Below, in pieces: positions 25,120-39,176 of a stretch of 64,000 bases of DNA. Every line of letters starts with the position of its first letter. Positions within the stretch are counted from its first letter, which is position 1. Both the position numbers and the translations under genes were made by a program. The stretch comes from Heteronotia binoei (lineage: Eukaryota). The notes under the pieces were generated by a model, which was not told the origin of the DNA, did not search any database, and saw nothing but the letters and a program-made list of their open reading frames with translations. The stretch covers positions 105,896,001 to 105,960,000 of the forward strand of contig NC_083228.1 of NCBI RefSeq assembly GCF_032191835.1, given 5' to 3'.

Positions 25120-25975
25120 CGCCCCAGTCAGAATGAAGAGGCTGACACAGTGTGTTGGATAAAAACCCCAGGCCGCTTTATTGAAACATAACTTGAACAA
25201 ATAAGGATGGCAAGAGGTATAGGCCTACAAGAACAAGCCCTGGGGTCGAAACACCGGACCCCGCCTTGTCCTAGAAGGGCGAGCCACCCTGCCCTCAGCA
25301 CGAGGCCAATACCATCTAACTAGTGCTGAGCGGCCAGGCCCAAACTCCACCTCTGTCGGCATCAATCACTCAGGAAAGGTCCGCCCCGGTGAGGATTTGT
25401 CATGATCTGCACTCCCAGCATGGAGCCGTAAAGCCCATCTACCGTTCATACAGACCACTTGCACCCACTGGTGCAGAGCCATAGGTGCTCCCCTGAAAAG
25501 ACTGTAAGTAAGTAAGTAAGTAAGTAAAATTTTATTTATATCCCGCCCTCCCCCGCCGAAGCAGGCTCAGTGCGGCTAACACACAATGAACCAGTGGTAC
25601 ATTAATACCTCAATACCTCATCCTGCCAAGCGACCAAATCCACCAAACTTCACCCCAAACTCCCTACACTATCAAGCAGTACAAGGTAGGCAAAAAACAA
25701 ATTCACATAGGCCAAATCTGCGAAAATGAAAAAATTCCTACTTGGCCCCTAATAAGGCGACCGGTAAAACCTGTACTGCATAGGGCGGGTAGGCCAAGAG
25801 CCACGAGAAAACTGCTGCGACACAGGCGGGAGCCGGGGCTTTATAGCCCCGACGCCATGCCCCCTCCTCCAACTCCCGGATGGCCGGGAAGCCAGCGTCA
25901 GCCTCCCTCCTTCCGGGAGCGCAAAGCACGGCCCCCAGCCTATAACTGGCATTGCCAGTGAGGCTGGGAAGGGGC
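25120..25975 (-). mobile_element. GC-rich LTR- or DIRS-like element fragment interrupted by an L2-type tail
   Basis: This is a CpG-rich island within AT-rich DNA. The minus strand has an AATAAA (ctttatt near 25177) and a TATAAA (tttata near 25840). Family not resolved. Confidence 0.35.
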
Positions 25976-26199
25976 CGATTTCATGGAAAAACAGCTGAGA
26001 AGTGGGGAGTTTGGTTTAAATGTTTCAAACCTGCCCCTCAGCTGTTTGGATGCCCCTGCTTTCTGCTTCCCACAGCTTTTCACAGGGAGCAGAAAGCAGG
26101 GTTAAAATGGCTCAGAGCAGGGGTATAACTTTAAATGGCTCATGAATCAGTGCAAAACAGTGGCTGTTAATTTTTGGCAGCCTTAAACTGGATAACAAA

Positions 26200-27050
26200 C
26201 CCTGGAGCAGTCTAAAGCTCATGATGAGAGTAAAATTGCTTTGGGAAAGGAACTAAAGTGACCGTTTAAGATACAGGCATGCTGGCAATTGGGTAGACAA
26301 ATGAAAGCAGAGAGAGAGAGAGAGGAGCGTACAGGCAAACTTAGAGATTTATGAGCACCAGTAAAGAATGTCCAAACAGGCTGCACAGTAAAGAAACTAC
26401 ACATTTTCATTCCCATGGTATAGTAACAGAGTGAAAGGTCTTACCTCACCCATTCAGCATTCAGTAAAGGACAGCTATAAAATGCTCAACAGGATAGCAA
26501 GCTATAGAAAAGAATTCTGGCTAAGCTCTATGGACAATGTGGATGAAGTATTACATTTTGATAAGGTGAAAGCAATGTTCATATTCTTTGACCATCTCGC
26601 TCCCCTTACAGGTGCTTACAAAATATATGTCTTCTAGTTCCTTTTTCTGGTATGAAGTCTGATATCATACTCAAAGTACATGACAATTGCTTCTGGAAAC
26701 TTCTAAGCAATACTACTGCCAGCATTCAAGAGTACATGATAAGTTGGGTTTTGGTTTCTCAATAAACTGACCTTGCCTGAAATCAAGATGACAATGGGGT
26801 ACACAGTGCTAATCAATGATAATAAATTTAGATAAAACAGGCTTGTATGGATTATAGATAATATCTTATTACATTAAATCATTGTAGTAATGTTTTACAG
26901 ACAATACAAATATGCAGTAAGAATATTGATGGTTGCCACCCTTATGTCCTCCCAAAGAAAAGATCAAGAACCTAGAATTTTTTTTAGTTTTGCAGTGAGA
27001 GTAATATTATACATTTCATTAGATTGTCCTCTTTGTTTAGTTCCTGCTCA
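26200..27050 (-). pseudogene. V2R-like pseudogene copy 4, 7TM exon (exon 6)
   Basis: A near-continuous frame reads SFLWED (FLSYED), LFYLNLLSL (LSYILLISL), KVSLLRNQ (KVTCLLRQ) and SSIA*K (SCVLAK). After a frameshift come FHSV, MGMKMCSFFTV (MGFLALGSFTV) and FPKAIL (FPKCYI). Confidence 0.7.
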
Positions 27051-28720
27051 TTATAACAAATGAAGATGAAGAAGCATGAGAAAATATTTTTTAATTTGCA
27101 TATATTTTCAGATTTTAGGACTGTTGCATATGCGTCACTCAGTGTTTCCTCACTCACTTAATTTGACTCTTCAGAAGATCCAGACTAGACAATACTACTT
27201 ACTTGAGTCCACCACAATGATTTGGTGTCATTTTAGATGCTATTATTTTTTTTTACTTTAAAAATGTTCTCTCCATGCCAATCTAAACTGACACTAAATT
27301 GACCCTAAATCACAGCTGAGTGTATGAGATTGCCTCCATTGGAAAGGGTAATGACTGTGGCAAAGTCCAGAGAAAAACATATGTTGTTTTGCATATGCAT
27401 GCTGTCATGCAATGTTACCAACATCAGATGATGAGACATGCATCAATTCACCTGTGGGCTGTATCTTAACGGGACTTAATAGCACTTCATTATTATGATG
27501 AGAAAGAAAAATCTGAAATTTAAGGAAGAGATAGCAAGTGCTGTTTAGATATTGGTCTGTAGAAGTGGTTTTGGACTACATTATTTCTATTGGGTCTGCT
27601 AAATCACACCTGCTGCTTGGATCATCATGGAAATTGCAATATTCATCATGGAAATTGCAATATTTCCTGAAGGGCTTGCAGGTGGCATTTATGCTACCAC
27701 AGGATACCTAACATCCAAAAATCTTTCAGTCTGGGAGTATAATTAGAGAATATGTTGATACATGAGTGAAAAGGTAGTCTCTTAGGCACGAGGCATTTAG
27801 TGCAATGTATGAGTTGGGGCTAGAAAACAATAGGGAGCTCTCACTAATGGGAAAGAATCATTACTTGAGAAACCAATTTTAAAAACTACTCAGGCAGGCC
27901 AAGTCAGCAAATACAGTCTTTAAAACTAATACATAGGAACCCAGAAATATCTGATACAATTAGGTATTATTTTATATGCAACATATAAATTAGCTTTATG
28001 GAAATTAATCCAGTGACATTTAAAAAAATAATAAAAGAATTTTAACATATTGAACACTTTTGTTACACTCAGGGCCAAATGTAAATAATCCACATACATT
28101 GTCCACATACTGAATGCTATCCAGGATTTTTAACAGGCAATATTTCACTGGCACTGCAGGAAATGGGCACTTATGCAGTTCAGTTCAACAGTATTACATT
28201 AACACTAGGGCATGGCAATTAATGTTCTGCAGTGAAATCTCCCCCCCACCCACCCCTTTTTAGACATTTTATTAGGTTTTATTGTTGTGCAAATATGATG
28301 TTAGAGATATTTTGCTGCCCAAATTGCTGAACTATGAAAGGTTTTAATAATCAGGTCTGCTAGCATTCTACTTGGTTTAATGAGAAATATTTGCTTATGC
28401 ACTTATTTTTAGCTCTGTTGTTTTTACCCTGAAGGTGTTGTTGCAAGTTCTTCCATTGCAAATCATTGGAGATATAAGAAACAATGACAAAGAATAAAGT
28501 TTAAACCTGAAGCTCCTAATTTACACTGGCATTTTAATTAAATACTTAACCTGATATGGAAACTGGGTGGAAATACATGGTAGAATTTAAGTTAGCAGAA
28601 CGACATTGGAATATCTCTCATTAATTTCAGCTAACCCTAGCATATTTTATGTTCCATTGCTTCTACCATGATATTTGTTGATTGCTGACAATAGATATTC
28701 CACCCCTCATATGTACTCAC

Positions 28721-28847
28721 CAGGTTACCTACACAGTCCTCTCTACCCCTTGGAACTAATTTACACATGTAACTGAATTCTGAGGTAGTCAAAAGAGTTA
28801 TATTACTAGAGACCATTGGTCGGAAAAAAACATATTTCAATGTTTCT
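28721..28847 (-). pseudogene. V2R-like pseudogene copy 4, probable exon 5
   Basis: It is 127 bp between tttttaatgcag and gtgagt, the same length and position as the copy 3 exon 5. Peptide similarity is weak. Confidence 0.45.
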
Positions 28848-29768
28848 CTGCATTAAAAACTTCCAGCAAAGTAAAAATTTGCACCTCAGGGAGTTAGTAC
28901 TTTATATTTTGAACTAGTTCAAAAATTACAGAGAATTGTTAGTGTAGAAGAACTGCAGGCAATGTAATCTTTCACATAGGCCCTTTCAGAGGTCCAGATA
29001 GACCTGGGCCACTTCCACTATTTAAGACCCCTAGTCATAATAACAATAATAAAATAATGTAACACCTCCACTGAGTTTGAGGTCCAGGCCAAATGGCTGT
29101 CTTGGCATTCCTTCTGATTGGCCCTGAAGTCCATTCTGGCACCTCATTACTATGTGGTGGTGTACCTGACCTATTGGGACCCCAGGGCAGATAATGTTTA
29201 ACCCACCCCTTTCCATATTTTTTTTCCCATCAAGCCACAGCTGACTTATGATGACCTCATAGGATTTTCAAGGCAATAGATGTTTAGAGGTAGTTTGCCA
29301 TTGCCTGCCTCTGCACCAGCCCTGCTGAGCTTCTGAGATCTGGTGAGATCAGGCTAGGCTGAGGCTATTCAGGCCAGGGCTCCTCCTTTACATTACAAAA
29401 TTATTTTCAGCAATAATCATAAATAAAATGAACAACAACAATAATAATAATAACCAGGAAAAAATCTTCATTTAACTTTGTAAACATAATCATGCCAATA
29501 AAAAAAAAATCAAACATGCTACTCCATCATGAGAGCCAGTGTGATGTAGTGGTTAAAACTCAAATCTGGGAAATCCAGCCCAATCACATCAGAACATAAG
29601 CAGGGCCAGTGTGTGGGCTGTCCTGGGTATCTCCAGGTCAGGGCTAGGCTGAGAATAATGCGAGTGGCCCAAGGTCACCCAGGAAGCTTCCATGGCATGA
29701 GTTGAGATTCAAACCTGGATTTCCCACTAGCGAAAGCATTACAAAAAAGTGATCACAAGCTTCACCAG

Positions 29769-30315
29769 TGTCACGTTCTCAGGGTGCAGGCAGGCGTCCA
29801 AAGCCAGTCCAAGATCAAAGTTCAGGAAGTCAAGCAGGAGCCAAGTCACCAATGCAGAATCACAAACCAGAATCAGAAGTCAATGTCCAAAAGCCAAAAG
29901 GTCAGGGTGCCAAGGAAATCAAGCAGGTCAGGATCAGAAATCAGGAAGGAGCGTGGATGCAAGGCAAAGAATAGACTTGTTGCTTCCACAAGGTTACCAG
30001 GTCCTGGGTGGGAGCTATATGGGAGTCTCAATCAGCCTGCTACCTGGGTGGCAGTGACTCTGCTAGAACTCAGAGCTGAGAGACCTGAAGCATCAGCGTG
30101 CCTCATGTCTTCGCTCTGAAAGTTCTTTCCAGAGCCTGCTTCAAACTCTTGAGATGGGAGGAGGAGAGCTTGGAGGAGATTGATTGTCAACAGCTGACAC
30201 TGGTGCCTGGAGAGTGATTGATGGGCCAGCTGCTGTTTGTTCAGCTGAGGAACTGGCTGGCAACTCTTCCAGGTCTGTTAACCCTTCCAGCTCCTCCTCG
30301 TCAGGGCTCATGACA
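29769..30315. mobile_element. Solo LTR (547 bp)
   Basis: Termini are TGTCA and TGACA. A perfect 5-bp TSD ACCAG lies at 29764-29768 and 30316-30320. Confidence 0.85.
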
Positions 30316-33300
30316 ACCAGACTGAATGTTAAAAAACACACTATTTTCCAAATAAGTGGGCTTGCCCCCCCCTCACGCTTCTCCATTGTTTTCAAAGGAC
30401 TAAAGTCAAACCAGGGAATCTCTGCAGTAAAAACTGAGGGGAGGCATTTTGGCAAGCCCAGCAGAACAGTGCAAAGTACAGAGTACCAAGCAGTACCTCT
30501 TGTGACAATGCCAATCAATGTACAACACAGAATCAGAGTCCAAGGTGTGTGTGTGTGTGGGGGGGGGTGAATTGGAAGATCAGCAGAACCAATGCAGTTC
30601 TGTCACCAAGCAGGATAGGGATAAGATAGGGTTACCATATTTTGAAAAGCAAAAAAGAAAACATATTTCCTGACTGACTACATCTAATAATTGATCACTA
30701 TGACAAATCTCATTTTAGATATCTCTTCTACTTAAACTGAAGCTTGTCTCCACTGGGGGATTATTGGGCAAAACAGGCTCAGCCACCCAACCCAAAAAGG
30801 GAACATTTTCATCTTCTTTAAAAAAAATAGCCCAAAACAGAATAGACACACACAAGAGAGACAGAGGACATGTCCTCTAAAAAAGAGAACATTTGGTAGC
30901 CCTAGATGAGAAAGTCTTGAGATGAAGAAGTGAAAATAAAGGGGTGGGGGACATAGAAAAATTAAGTGAGGGGAGCCAGAAATTATTGAGAAACATGTGG
31001 AAAAGAGGGAGAGAAATTAAGAAAGGCAAAAGTGGTTTTTATCTTGCTGCAACACCCTAACTACTGCTTCGAAAGATCTGAACTGTGGGCAAGGAAAGGA
31101 AGAGACAACAGCTGGATTGCAGGCTGGCAATCAGTTGTTGTTAAGCAACAGTTGTGCTCAGATTTACCTGCATTCCTAAGTGGCTAGAACCAGAACTGCA
31201 TTTTAAAAAATGGATGCAGCATGATGCTGGGCTCGAGGCTCTCCTCCAAGAGCCTTCCAGTTTGAGAGCCAGTTTGGTGTAGTGGTTAAATGCACAGATT
31301 CTTATCTGGGAGAACCGGTTTTGATTCCCCACTCTTCCACATGCAACTGCTGGAGTGACCTTGGGCCAGCCACAACTGTATTGGATATGTGAGGTTCATA
31401 CTCAAAACAGCTGAGCTGTGGGATCCTGTGGAGAGCCAGTTTGGTGTAGTGGTTAAGTGTGTGGACTCTTATCTGGGAGAACCGGGTTTGATTCCCCACT
31501 CCTCCACTTGCACCTGCTAGCATGGCCTTGGGTCAGCCATAGCTCTGGCAGAGGTTGTCCTTGAAAGGGCAGCTGCTGTGAGAGCCCTCTCCAGCCCCAC
31601 CCACCTCACAGGGTGTCTGTTGTGGGGGAGGGAGATAAAGGTGATTGTGAGCCGCTCTGAGACTCTTCGGAGTGGAGGGCGGGATATAAATCCAATACCG
31701 TCTTCTTCTTCTTCTGTGGCTCAGTTGTTTCAGGTTCTAAACAGCAGGCCTGTAGGAGCAGGCTCAGCTGTTTTGAGCCCAGAACAGCTGAGCAACAGAA
31801 GCAGGCTGCCCTTGCAGCTCAGTTGTTTCCAAACTTCGGCATCTTTCACAGGGATGTTTTGGTAGTCTTTGCATGGAGGAGAAAACAAGGGTTTAAATCC
31901 CTGCTTTTTGCTTCCCATGAACTGCCTTAAAAGTTTGTGGAGATTCATGGATGGAGGCTCATGGCCACAAACCAACCAAAATTCATCATGAAGAAAGGTT
32001 TGTAAGCCAATTTATGCCCACCCCTAGCCACGGCTCTCAGATTGCAAGAGCTGAGCAAAGATGTTAATAGTAAGATATTTTGGAGATCATAATTTCATGA
32101 GTCAGAAGCAACTTGAAAGCATTTTACCACACACACCAATGGGTGCTTAACCACAGCAAAATCTCCTTTACCTAAACCAGGAAACTGACATCTTTTATGA
32201 ATCCTTAAGATATCTTCAGCTATGTCCCCAGTTGTTCTTCTTTATTTTATTCTAATTGTTATGACTATAAAGTTATTTCTGTCCCTATGACGGGCTCAAA
32301 TAGCTTATTTCTAGACTATCTGAAAAATATGTAATTTATATGAGTACATCTAAGTAAGGCTCTGATAAAGAGTGACTTCTCATCTGAAATAGATCTCAAA
32401 ATTATTCAGACCAGCTAAGGAGTTAAACAAACCCCTCAATCCAAGAAACATGTGATTAATAAGAACCTGTCAAAAAAGGCTGCCAAAACTTACCATAGAC
32501 CTTCCCCAACAAATTCAAAGGACTCACACACAAAGGGAATGTATCAATTCTTAATGGAACAAAAAAATCTATCTAGGTATCCATTACTACCCACTTTATC
32601 CCTGACTCTATAGCTATTGGAGAGCACCTGCTATGGTTTTAAGCAAGGCAAAAATTAATCATTATAGATTTTAAGTCCAGAGAAAATGTACAGTTATATA
32701 TGCTTAGAGAGGCTTATAGATGTTGCTGAAGCCTCAAGATTACATGCATCATGTCAGATGAGATCAGAATGAAGCAGAAGCAGATAGACATCTCCAACCT
32801 TCCTCCCCAGGAATAACCCACACCTTCTAGTCCCCCCTCGCAGAGCCTTATCCATCAGAATCTGGACTAGAACCACAGCTTTTCATAAGCATGGAAGCAC
32901 CTGCAAAACAAGGCCAAGATCTGTTACTTTCTGGTGGATTCCAGGTAAGCCGTGATAATAAACAAAAACCCTTGTACTAGAACAGGGATCAGTTTTTGTT
33001 TGTTTGTTTTTTACTTCTCCTTCCCTGCCTCAGATTCCTGGGAGGTATCTACTGGGTTCTTAGTATTTCCTAGGAGACATCTCTTCACACCACCTGATAT
33101 AGCACAGTTCTTATATAGGAAGTATTAGCTGACCAGAGGACTTTCCTTTTTTGGATAGCATGTGGAAAAGATTCTGTATCTCATCCTCAAAGAGGATGCA
33201 GCAAACAGTTTTGATTTTTTTAAACTGATCCCTCACTGTACCTTTGGTTTTTACCATGCCAGAAAAGCTCAGACATGCCAATTCTCTTTACTCATGGCCC

Positions 33301-33589
33301 AGAATAACTGAGGAACCCATTTCAGCATTCATGCACCACTCTTGTGTTTACCCAGAAGTAAATTTCAGAGTATTCAATGGAGCTTACTTCTAAGTAAATG
33401 TTCACAGCAGCCTGTGGTATTGATCTGCAGCTTCTGGCTTACTTCTACTAAACACTAATTTGAAATGTTTTTCCATTATCATGGGTTAAATGATTCATCT
33501 GCTAACAAGCATAAGCAAAAATTCTGCTACTGTAATTTTTGTGCCTAACAGAAATGCAATAAAATGGATCCCTCTAGAGGACAGACACA

Positions 33590-34050
33590 TTATTTGTGGC
33601 AGCAATACAGAATTCAAATTCTTTCCTCTTCTATCCATGAACACATAGTAGTAGTTTTATCTAATAGCACCAATTTATTGGGAGTTTCATCCTGTTACAT
33701 GGAGGCAAATATTGTATATACTGCATTTAACCGACAGCTGCAGAGAATATGTTGGATCCAAACATCCATGAACAGAGTGGAGCCCACAGAAGTGCTCTTG
33801 GCTTCTTCTTCTTTTCTTCAGTCACTTGCATTACATAGCAACTCCTAAAGGTCAGAAGTCCTTTGGGGACATTATAGGAATACAGCATGGAGTGCTTCTG
33901 TCCTATAGTCTTTATATAAATTGCTCCTGCCCCATTGCTGCTAATTGAATGATAAAACAGGGCCTTCAGTGTAGTGCACCCCATGCACAGTCTGTGGATC
34001 CATCCATATAAGTAGACCAACACAGCTAGTTCACTTGAGATTTTCACAAA
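33590..34050 (-). pseudogene. V2R-like pseudogene copy 4, 3' part of exon 3
   Basis: Translation RKEEEAKSTSVGSTLFMDV...LNAVYTIFASM resembles GEEKLESLPGSVFEMSM...YNAVYAVAHALHAM. Confidence 0.5.
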
Positions 34051-34789
34051 ATAAAATCTCAGCCCCACCTACCTCACAGGGTGTCTGTTGTGGGGAGAGA
34101 AACGGAAGGAAATTCTAAGCTGTTCTGAGACTCCAAGTGAAAAGTGGGTATAAATCCAACTCTTTCTTCTTCTATGTATGGCCCAGTTGTACAATGCCAG
34201 CATCCAGGACCCTTTACAAAGTAAGGAACTCACAAGTACTTGCAGGAGGCATATCACTTTCTTTTGTATCCCCTTCCTCACACTTTTCCCTTTCCCCCCC
34301 ATATCCTCACTTTTTCCTTCTTCCTTCTTTGCTTCTCACTAGCCAACCAAACTATCTTTTACCTGCCCTTCATATTCAGCTATATTTTATTTATTTACAT
34401 CTTCATGTATTTATTATTTACCTTCTCCACAATGAGGCCCAAATTGACCTATAACATTCTTTTCACCTCCACTGTATCCTCAAAACAATTATGTGAGATA
34501 GATTAGCCTGAGAGTACAGTTCTGGCTCAAAGCCATCAAGAGATCTTCAACAACAGAGTAGACATTCAAACACATATATCCCAGATCCTAGACTGATAGA
34601 CCACTACACCACAGTGACTTTTGTAGGGTGGCTGATGTTGAACAATAATAAGCAGTCAATCATTGGTGAAGTCACATTATAGCAAGTCATTAGATGGTTG
34701 CTGCCAACTTGGCCCTGATGAGTTCTCCCTCAAGCATTAAAATGGCACTTGAAAGGGTCCCCCATTTACTGACAGAATCCAGGCTTGAA

Positions 34790-37412
34790 GGTTGTCAATA
34801 TTGTGGGGGTCTGCTATAGACCACCAAGTCAGGCAGAGGACTTGGATGAGATACTTCTACAGCAGATTGCAAAGTTCTCCAAGAGAAGGGATACAGTGAT
34901 CATGGGAGATTTCAATTACTCAGACATCTGTTGGAAGTCCAACTCTACTAAAAATGAAAAGTCAAATAGATTCCTGACTTGTCTTGCTGACAACTTCCTT
35001 TTCCAGAAAGTGAAGAAGGAAACAAGGGGATCTGCTATCTTGGATTTGATTCTCACCAACAAGGAAGAGTTTATTGAAGAAGTGGAAATAGTGGGCACCC
35101 TGGGCAGTAGTGACCATGTGATTTTGGAATTTACAGTCTTAGGGAAGGGAAAAGCTATACGTAGTCAAACTTATAGGTTGGACTTCAGAAAGGCAAACTT
35201 TGATAAACTTAGAACTATGCTTGGTAAAATCTCATGGTCAGAAATACTTAGGAGGAAGGGGGTTCAGGAGGGGTGGGAGTTTCTTAAAAGTGAAATACTC
35301 AAAGCGCAATCACAGACGATTCCTATGAGAAGAAAAAATGGAAAAAGCCAAAAGAAGCCGAAGTGGCTCCATAAACAGCTCTCTAAAGACTTGAGAAATA
35401 AAAAAGACTCCTTTAGGAATTGGAAGGAGGGCCTTATAACCAAGCATGAATATAAACAAATCACCAGTGCTTGTAGAGAAAAAGTTAGGAAAGCTAAAGC
35501 TCAGTATGAGCTAAGGTTGGCCAAAGATGCTAAAAACAACAAAAAAAGGGTTCTTTTCTTATGTAGGCCCATTGCGAGGGCATCTCCAACCTTCCTCCCC
35601 AGGAATAACCCTCACCTTCTAGTCCCCCCTCTCAGAGCCTTATCCATCAGAATCTGGATAGGCCGATTGCGAGGGGCAAGAAAGTGAAATTGTAACAGGT
35701 AATGAAGAGAGGGCAGAACTGCTCAAATCCTACTTTTCTTCAGTTTTCTCTTCTGAGGGAAACGGTGCTCAACATGGCAAAAACAGAACATATAAGGAGA
35801 GTATGAAGTTCCAACCTAGGATCAGCATAGGGGTAGTACATAAACACCTAGTTTCTTTAAATGAAACTAAGTCCTCAGGGCCAGATGAATTGCATCCAAG
35901 GGTTCTAAAAGAGCCTGCGGATGTAATTTCTGAGCCTCTGGCTATTATTTTTGAGAATTCTTGGAGAGCAGGAGAGATGCCAGAAGATTGGGGGTGGGCA
36001 AATGTTATCCCCATCTTTAAGAAGGGGAAAAAAGACGATCTGGGTAACTACCGACCTGTCAGCTTGACGTCTATACCTGGAAAAGTTTTAGAACAAATAA
36101 TCAAACAGTTGGTCCTGGAACATTTAGAAAGAATGGATGTGATTACTAAGAGTCAGCATGGGTTTCTCAAGAACAAGTCATGTCAGACTAACCTGATCTA
36201 TTTTTTTGAGAAAGTACTACCTTGCTGGATCAGGGGAATGATCTAGACATCGTTTATCTTGACTTCAGTAAGGCTTTTGATAAGGTTCCACATACTATCC
36301 TTGTTGACAAGTTGGTAAAATGTGGTTTGGATCCTGTTACCATTAGGTGGATCTGTAACTTGTTGACAGATTGCACCCAAAGAGTGCTTGTGAATGGTTC
36401 CTCATCCTCTTGGAAAGGAGTGACAAGTGGAGTGCCTCAAGGATCTGTCCTGGGACCTGTTTTGTTCAACATCTTTATCAATGATTTGGATGAAGGAATA
36501 GAGGGAATGCTTATTAAATTTGCAGATGATACTAAATTGGGAGAGGCTGCAAACACAGAAGACAGAAACAGGATACAGGATGACCTTGACAGGCTGGAAA
36601 ACTGGGTTAAAATCAATGAAATGAATTTTAACAGGGAGAAATGTAAAGTTCTGCATTTAGGTCAGAAAAATCCAATGCATGATTATAGGATGGGGGAGAC
36701 TTGTCTTAGCAGTAGTATGTGCAAAAAGGATCTAGGGGTCTTAGTGGATCATACGCTGAACATCAGTCAACAGTATGATGCGGTGGCTAAAAAGACAAAT
36801 GCAATTTTGGGCTGTATCAACAGAAATATAGTGTCCAGATCACGTGATGTGATGGTATTGCTTTACTTTGCTCTGGTAAAACCTCATCTGGAGTATTGTG
36901 TTCAGTTTTGGGCACCACATTTTAAGAAGGATATAGACAAGCTGGAACAGATCCAGAAGAGGGCGACAAAGATGGTGAGGGGTCTGGAGACCAAGTCTTG
37001 AGGAAAGGCTGATGGAGCTGGGGATGTTTAGCTTGGAGAGAAGGTGGCTGAGAGGTGATATGATCATCATCTTCAAGTACTTGAAGGGCTGTCATATAGA
37101 GGATGGTGTGAAATTGTTTTCTGTGGCTCCGGAAGGTAGGACCAGAACCAATGGGTTGAAATTAAATCAAAAGAGTTTCTGTCTCAACATTAGAAGAACT
37201 TCCTGACTGTTAGAGCGGTTCCTCAGTGGAACAGGCTTCTTCAGGAGGTGGTGGGCTCTCCTTCCTTGGAGGTTTTTAAACAGAGGCTGGATGGCCATCT
37301 GATAGCAATGAAGATCCTGTGAATTTTTGGGGAGGTGTTTGTGAGTTTCCTGCATTGTGCAGGGGGTTGGACTAGATGACCCTAGAGGTCCCTTCCAACT
37401 CTATGATTCTAT
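34790..37412 (+). mobile_element. CR1 LINE, 5'-truncated, with most of ORF2 (endonuclease C-terminus plus RT), frameshifted
   Basis: Motifs include VGVCYRPP, MGDFN, SDH, NYRPVSLTS, QHGF, YLDFSKAFDKV, GVPQGSVLGP and KFADD. The 3' end is ccttccaactctatgattctatg. It appears to be inserted into V2R copy 4 exon 3. Confidence 0.95.
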
Positions 37413-38567
37413 GTTGTTGCCTAGCAACCCCCACAATGGCCAATGTAGAGGGCATTTGTTTCTTAGAGGTACAGGTGCTGCTTCTATTCTTGGAGGAGAG
37501 TTTTAACTCCCAATTTACTTAGATTTTTCTGTAAACCTGGAGCTTGTTTGTCTTGTCTGTAGATTGTTTCAGTCTCCAGATAAAGTATCAACAGATGCAG
37601 CCATGCTGAAAATCAGATATATTCATGATTATCTATTGTTTATTACTGTATTTTAAGATTTGAGGATTTGATAGTTGCTTGTTGTTATGATGGCCACATT
37701 ATAATCTAATAGGTAAACTTTCATAATATTTGTATAAACCTAGTGCACACCTAGTCAGGTCTCCCCAGAATCCTACTCAGGTCTTTTCAATGCAGTGTAC
37801 TTCCAGGAAAGTATTTTTAGGATTGCACTGCTAATCTGGTTCAGTGGCATAGAACTAATTAAATACTTACCATATGGCATTGTGTGTAATATAGCCAGGA
37901 GATCCTAAGAGCTACCTCTTTTAGTGTTACGCATTACTAGGTGGCAAGCTAGACTTGCTTTTAAAGCAAGACATGTTTCAGATGTGGTTTGCCATTCCCT
38001 GCCTTGGCATCACAACCCTGGTATTCTTTGGAGGTCACCCTTCCAAATGCTAGCCAAGGTTGACCTTGCTTAGCTTCCGAGATTGACAAGATCAGGCTTG
38101 CCTGGACCATCCAGGTCAGGGCATTGGCGTAGAAATTAAACATTAAACACTTGTACACATTGCCATTGTGTCATGGAGCCCTAATCATGTGAAAGTGATT
38201 TTTCTGGCAGCTAGAATTAATATAAGATAATGTATTAATTGAGAGCAAGTCTTCTTACACTGTTAATTTATTATTTCGGGTAAAATGCATGTACATTAAT
38301 GCATCAAACAAAAGATTAGAAATTTCCATTTCTCTCCCTCAAAAGATTATGGCTGCAGCTGTTGAAATCACATGTGATCATATAACTGCACTAAAATTTC
38401 CAATTCTCATAACTGAGATGTGGAGTTGGGTACCCCTGGTAGAACTATCACTGCTTCTACATATTTATAATGTTGAATCCATCCAGTAGACATTTTATTT
38501 TAGGTCCAAGTCGGAAAACATTCTGGTTGGTGGGACTCCCTTCCTGTTAGTCCCCCAGATCTTAAAC

Positions 38568-39176
38568 CTGTGCCAAAATAATGCGCTCACTTTGGGGCTT
38601 TGTTTCCATTCAACTATAGCAAATTTCATCTGCAAATAAAATCCTGCTTGGACTGAACTTTATTCTAGTTCTAATTCTTTTTTTAAAAAATGATTCTTTC
38701 CTCCTTTGTAAAGCTACTCTCAGTGCATCATAGGTTTTTAAAGAAAAGCATCTTTTGCTTTCAATAAAATGAATGGGTAGAATGATATCCGGCAAAGTCC
38801 TAAATTGTTTTTGTTCATTGCTTGCATACAAAATATCATGCTGTACTCCATGAAATGTAATTGCATCCACATGAGTGAACACTGATAATGTGTGTTTGAA
38901 GTAGCACTGGGTAAAATTACAGGCCCTATTCAATTTCTCTTATAACACTGAAAAGAATAATCCTGTGATGAAAGCAAAAGATGTGGGAGAGTACTCCACA
39001 GAGGCAATATCACACCAAAGCAATTCAAAAGGAGCTACATATTTTATGCATAATTCTTTCTGCTTTTGCATAATTGAGCAACACCCATTCAGAGATGATG
39101 CCAACTATAAAGATCATTGCAGAAGTAAATCTTGTTTTCACTCTCTGTATTACCAGCTTTTAAGGAACATTTCCCC
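38568..39176 (-). pseudogene. V2R-like pseudogene copy 4, exons 1-2
   Basis: The acceptor ttttag is at 39177 and the donor CAG|gtttaag at 38568. Translations include NDL/IVGIISEW (GDLIIGGITSQ), SMIFCMQAMNKN (AMIFAIEEINKN) and LPDIILPIHFIES (LPNITLGFHIYDS), with frameshifts. Confidence 0.65.

Noticed and set aside
29749-30570. Several overlapping ORFs of 100-128 aa
   Set aside because: They lie within a TSD-bounded solo LTR and are low-complexity.
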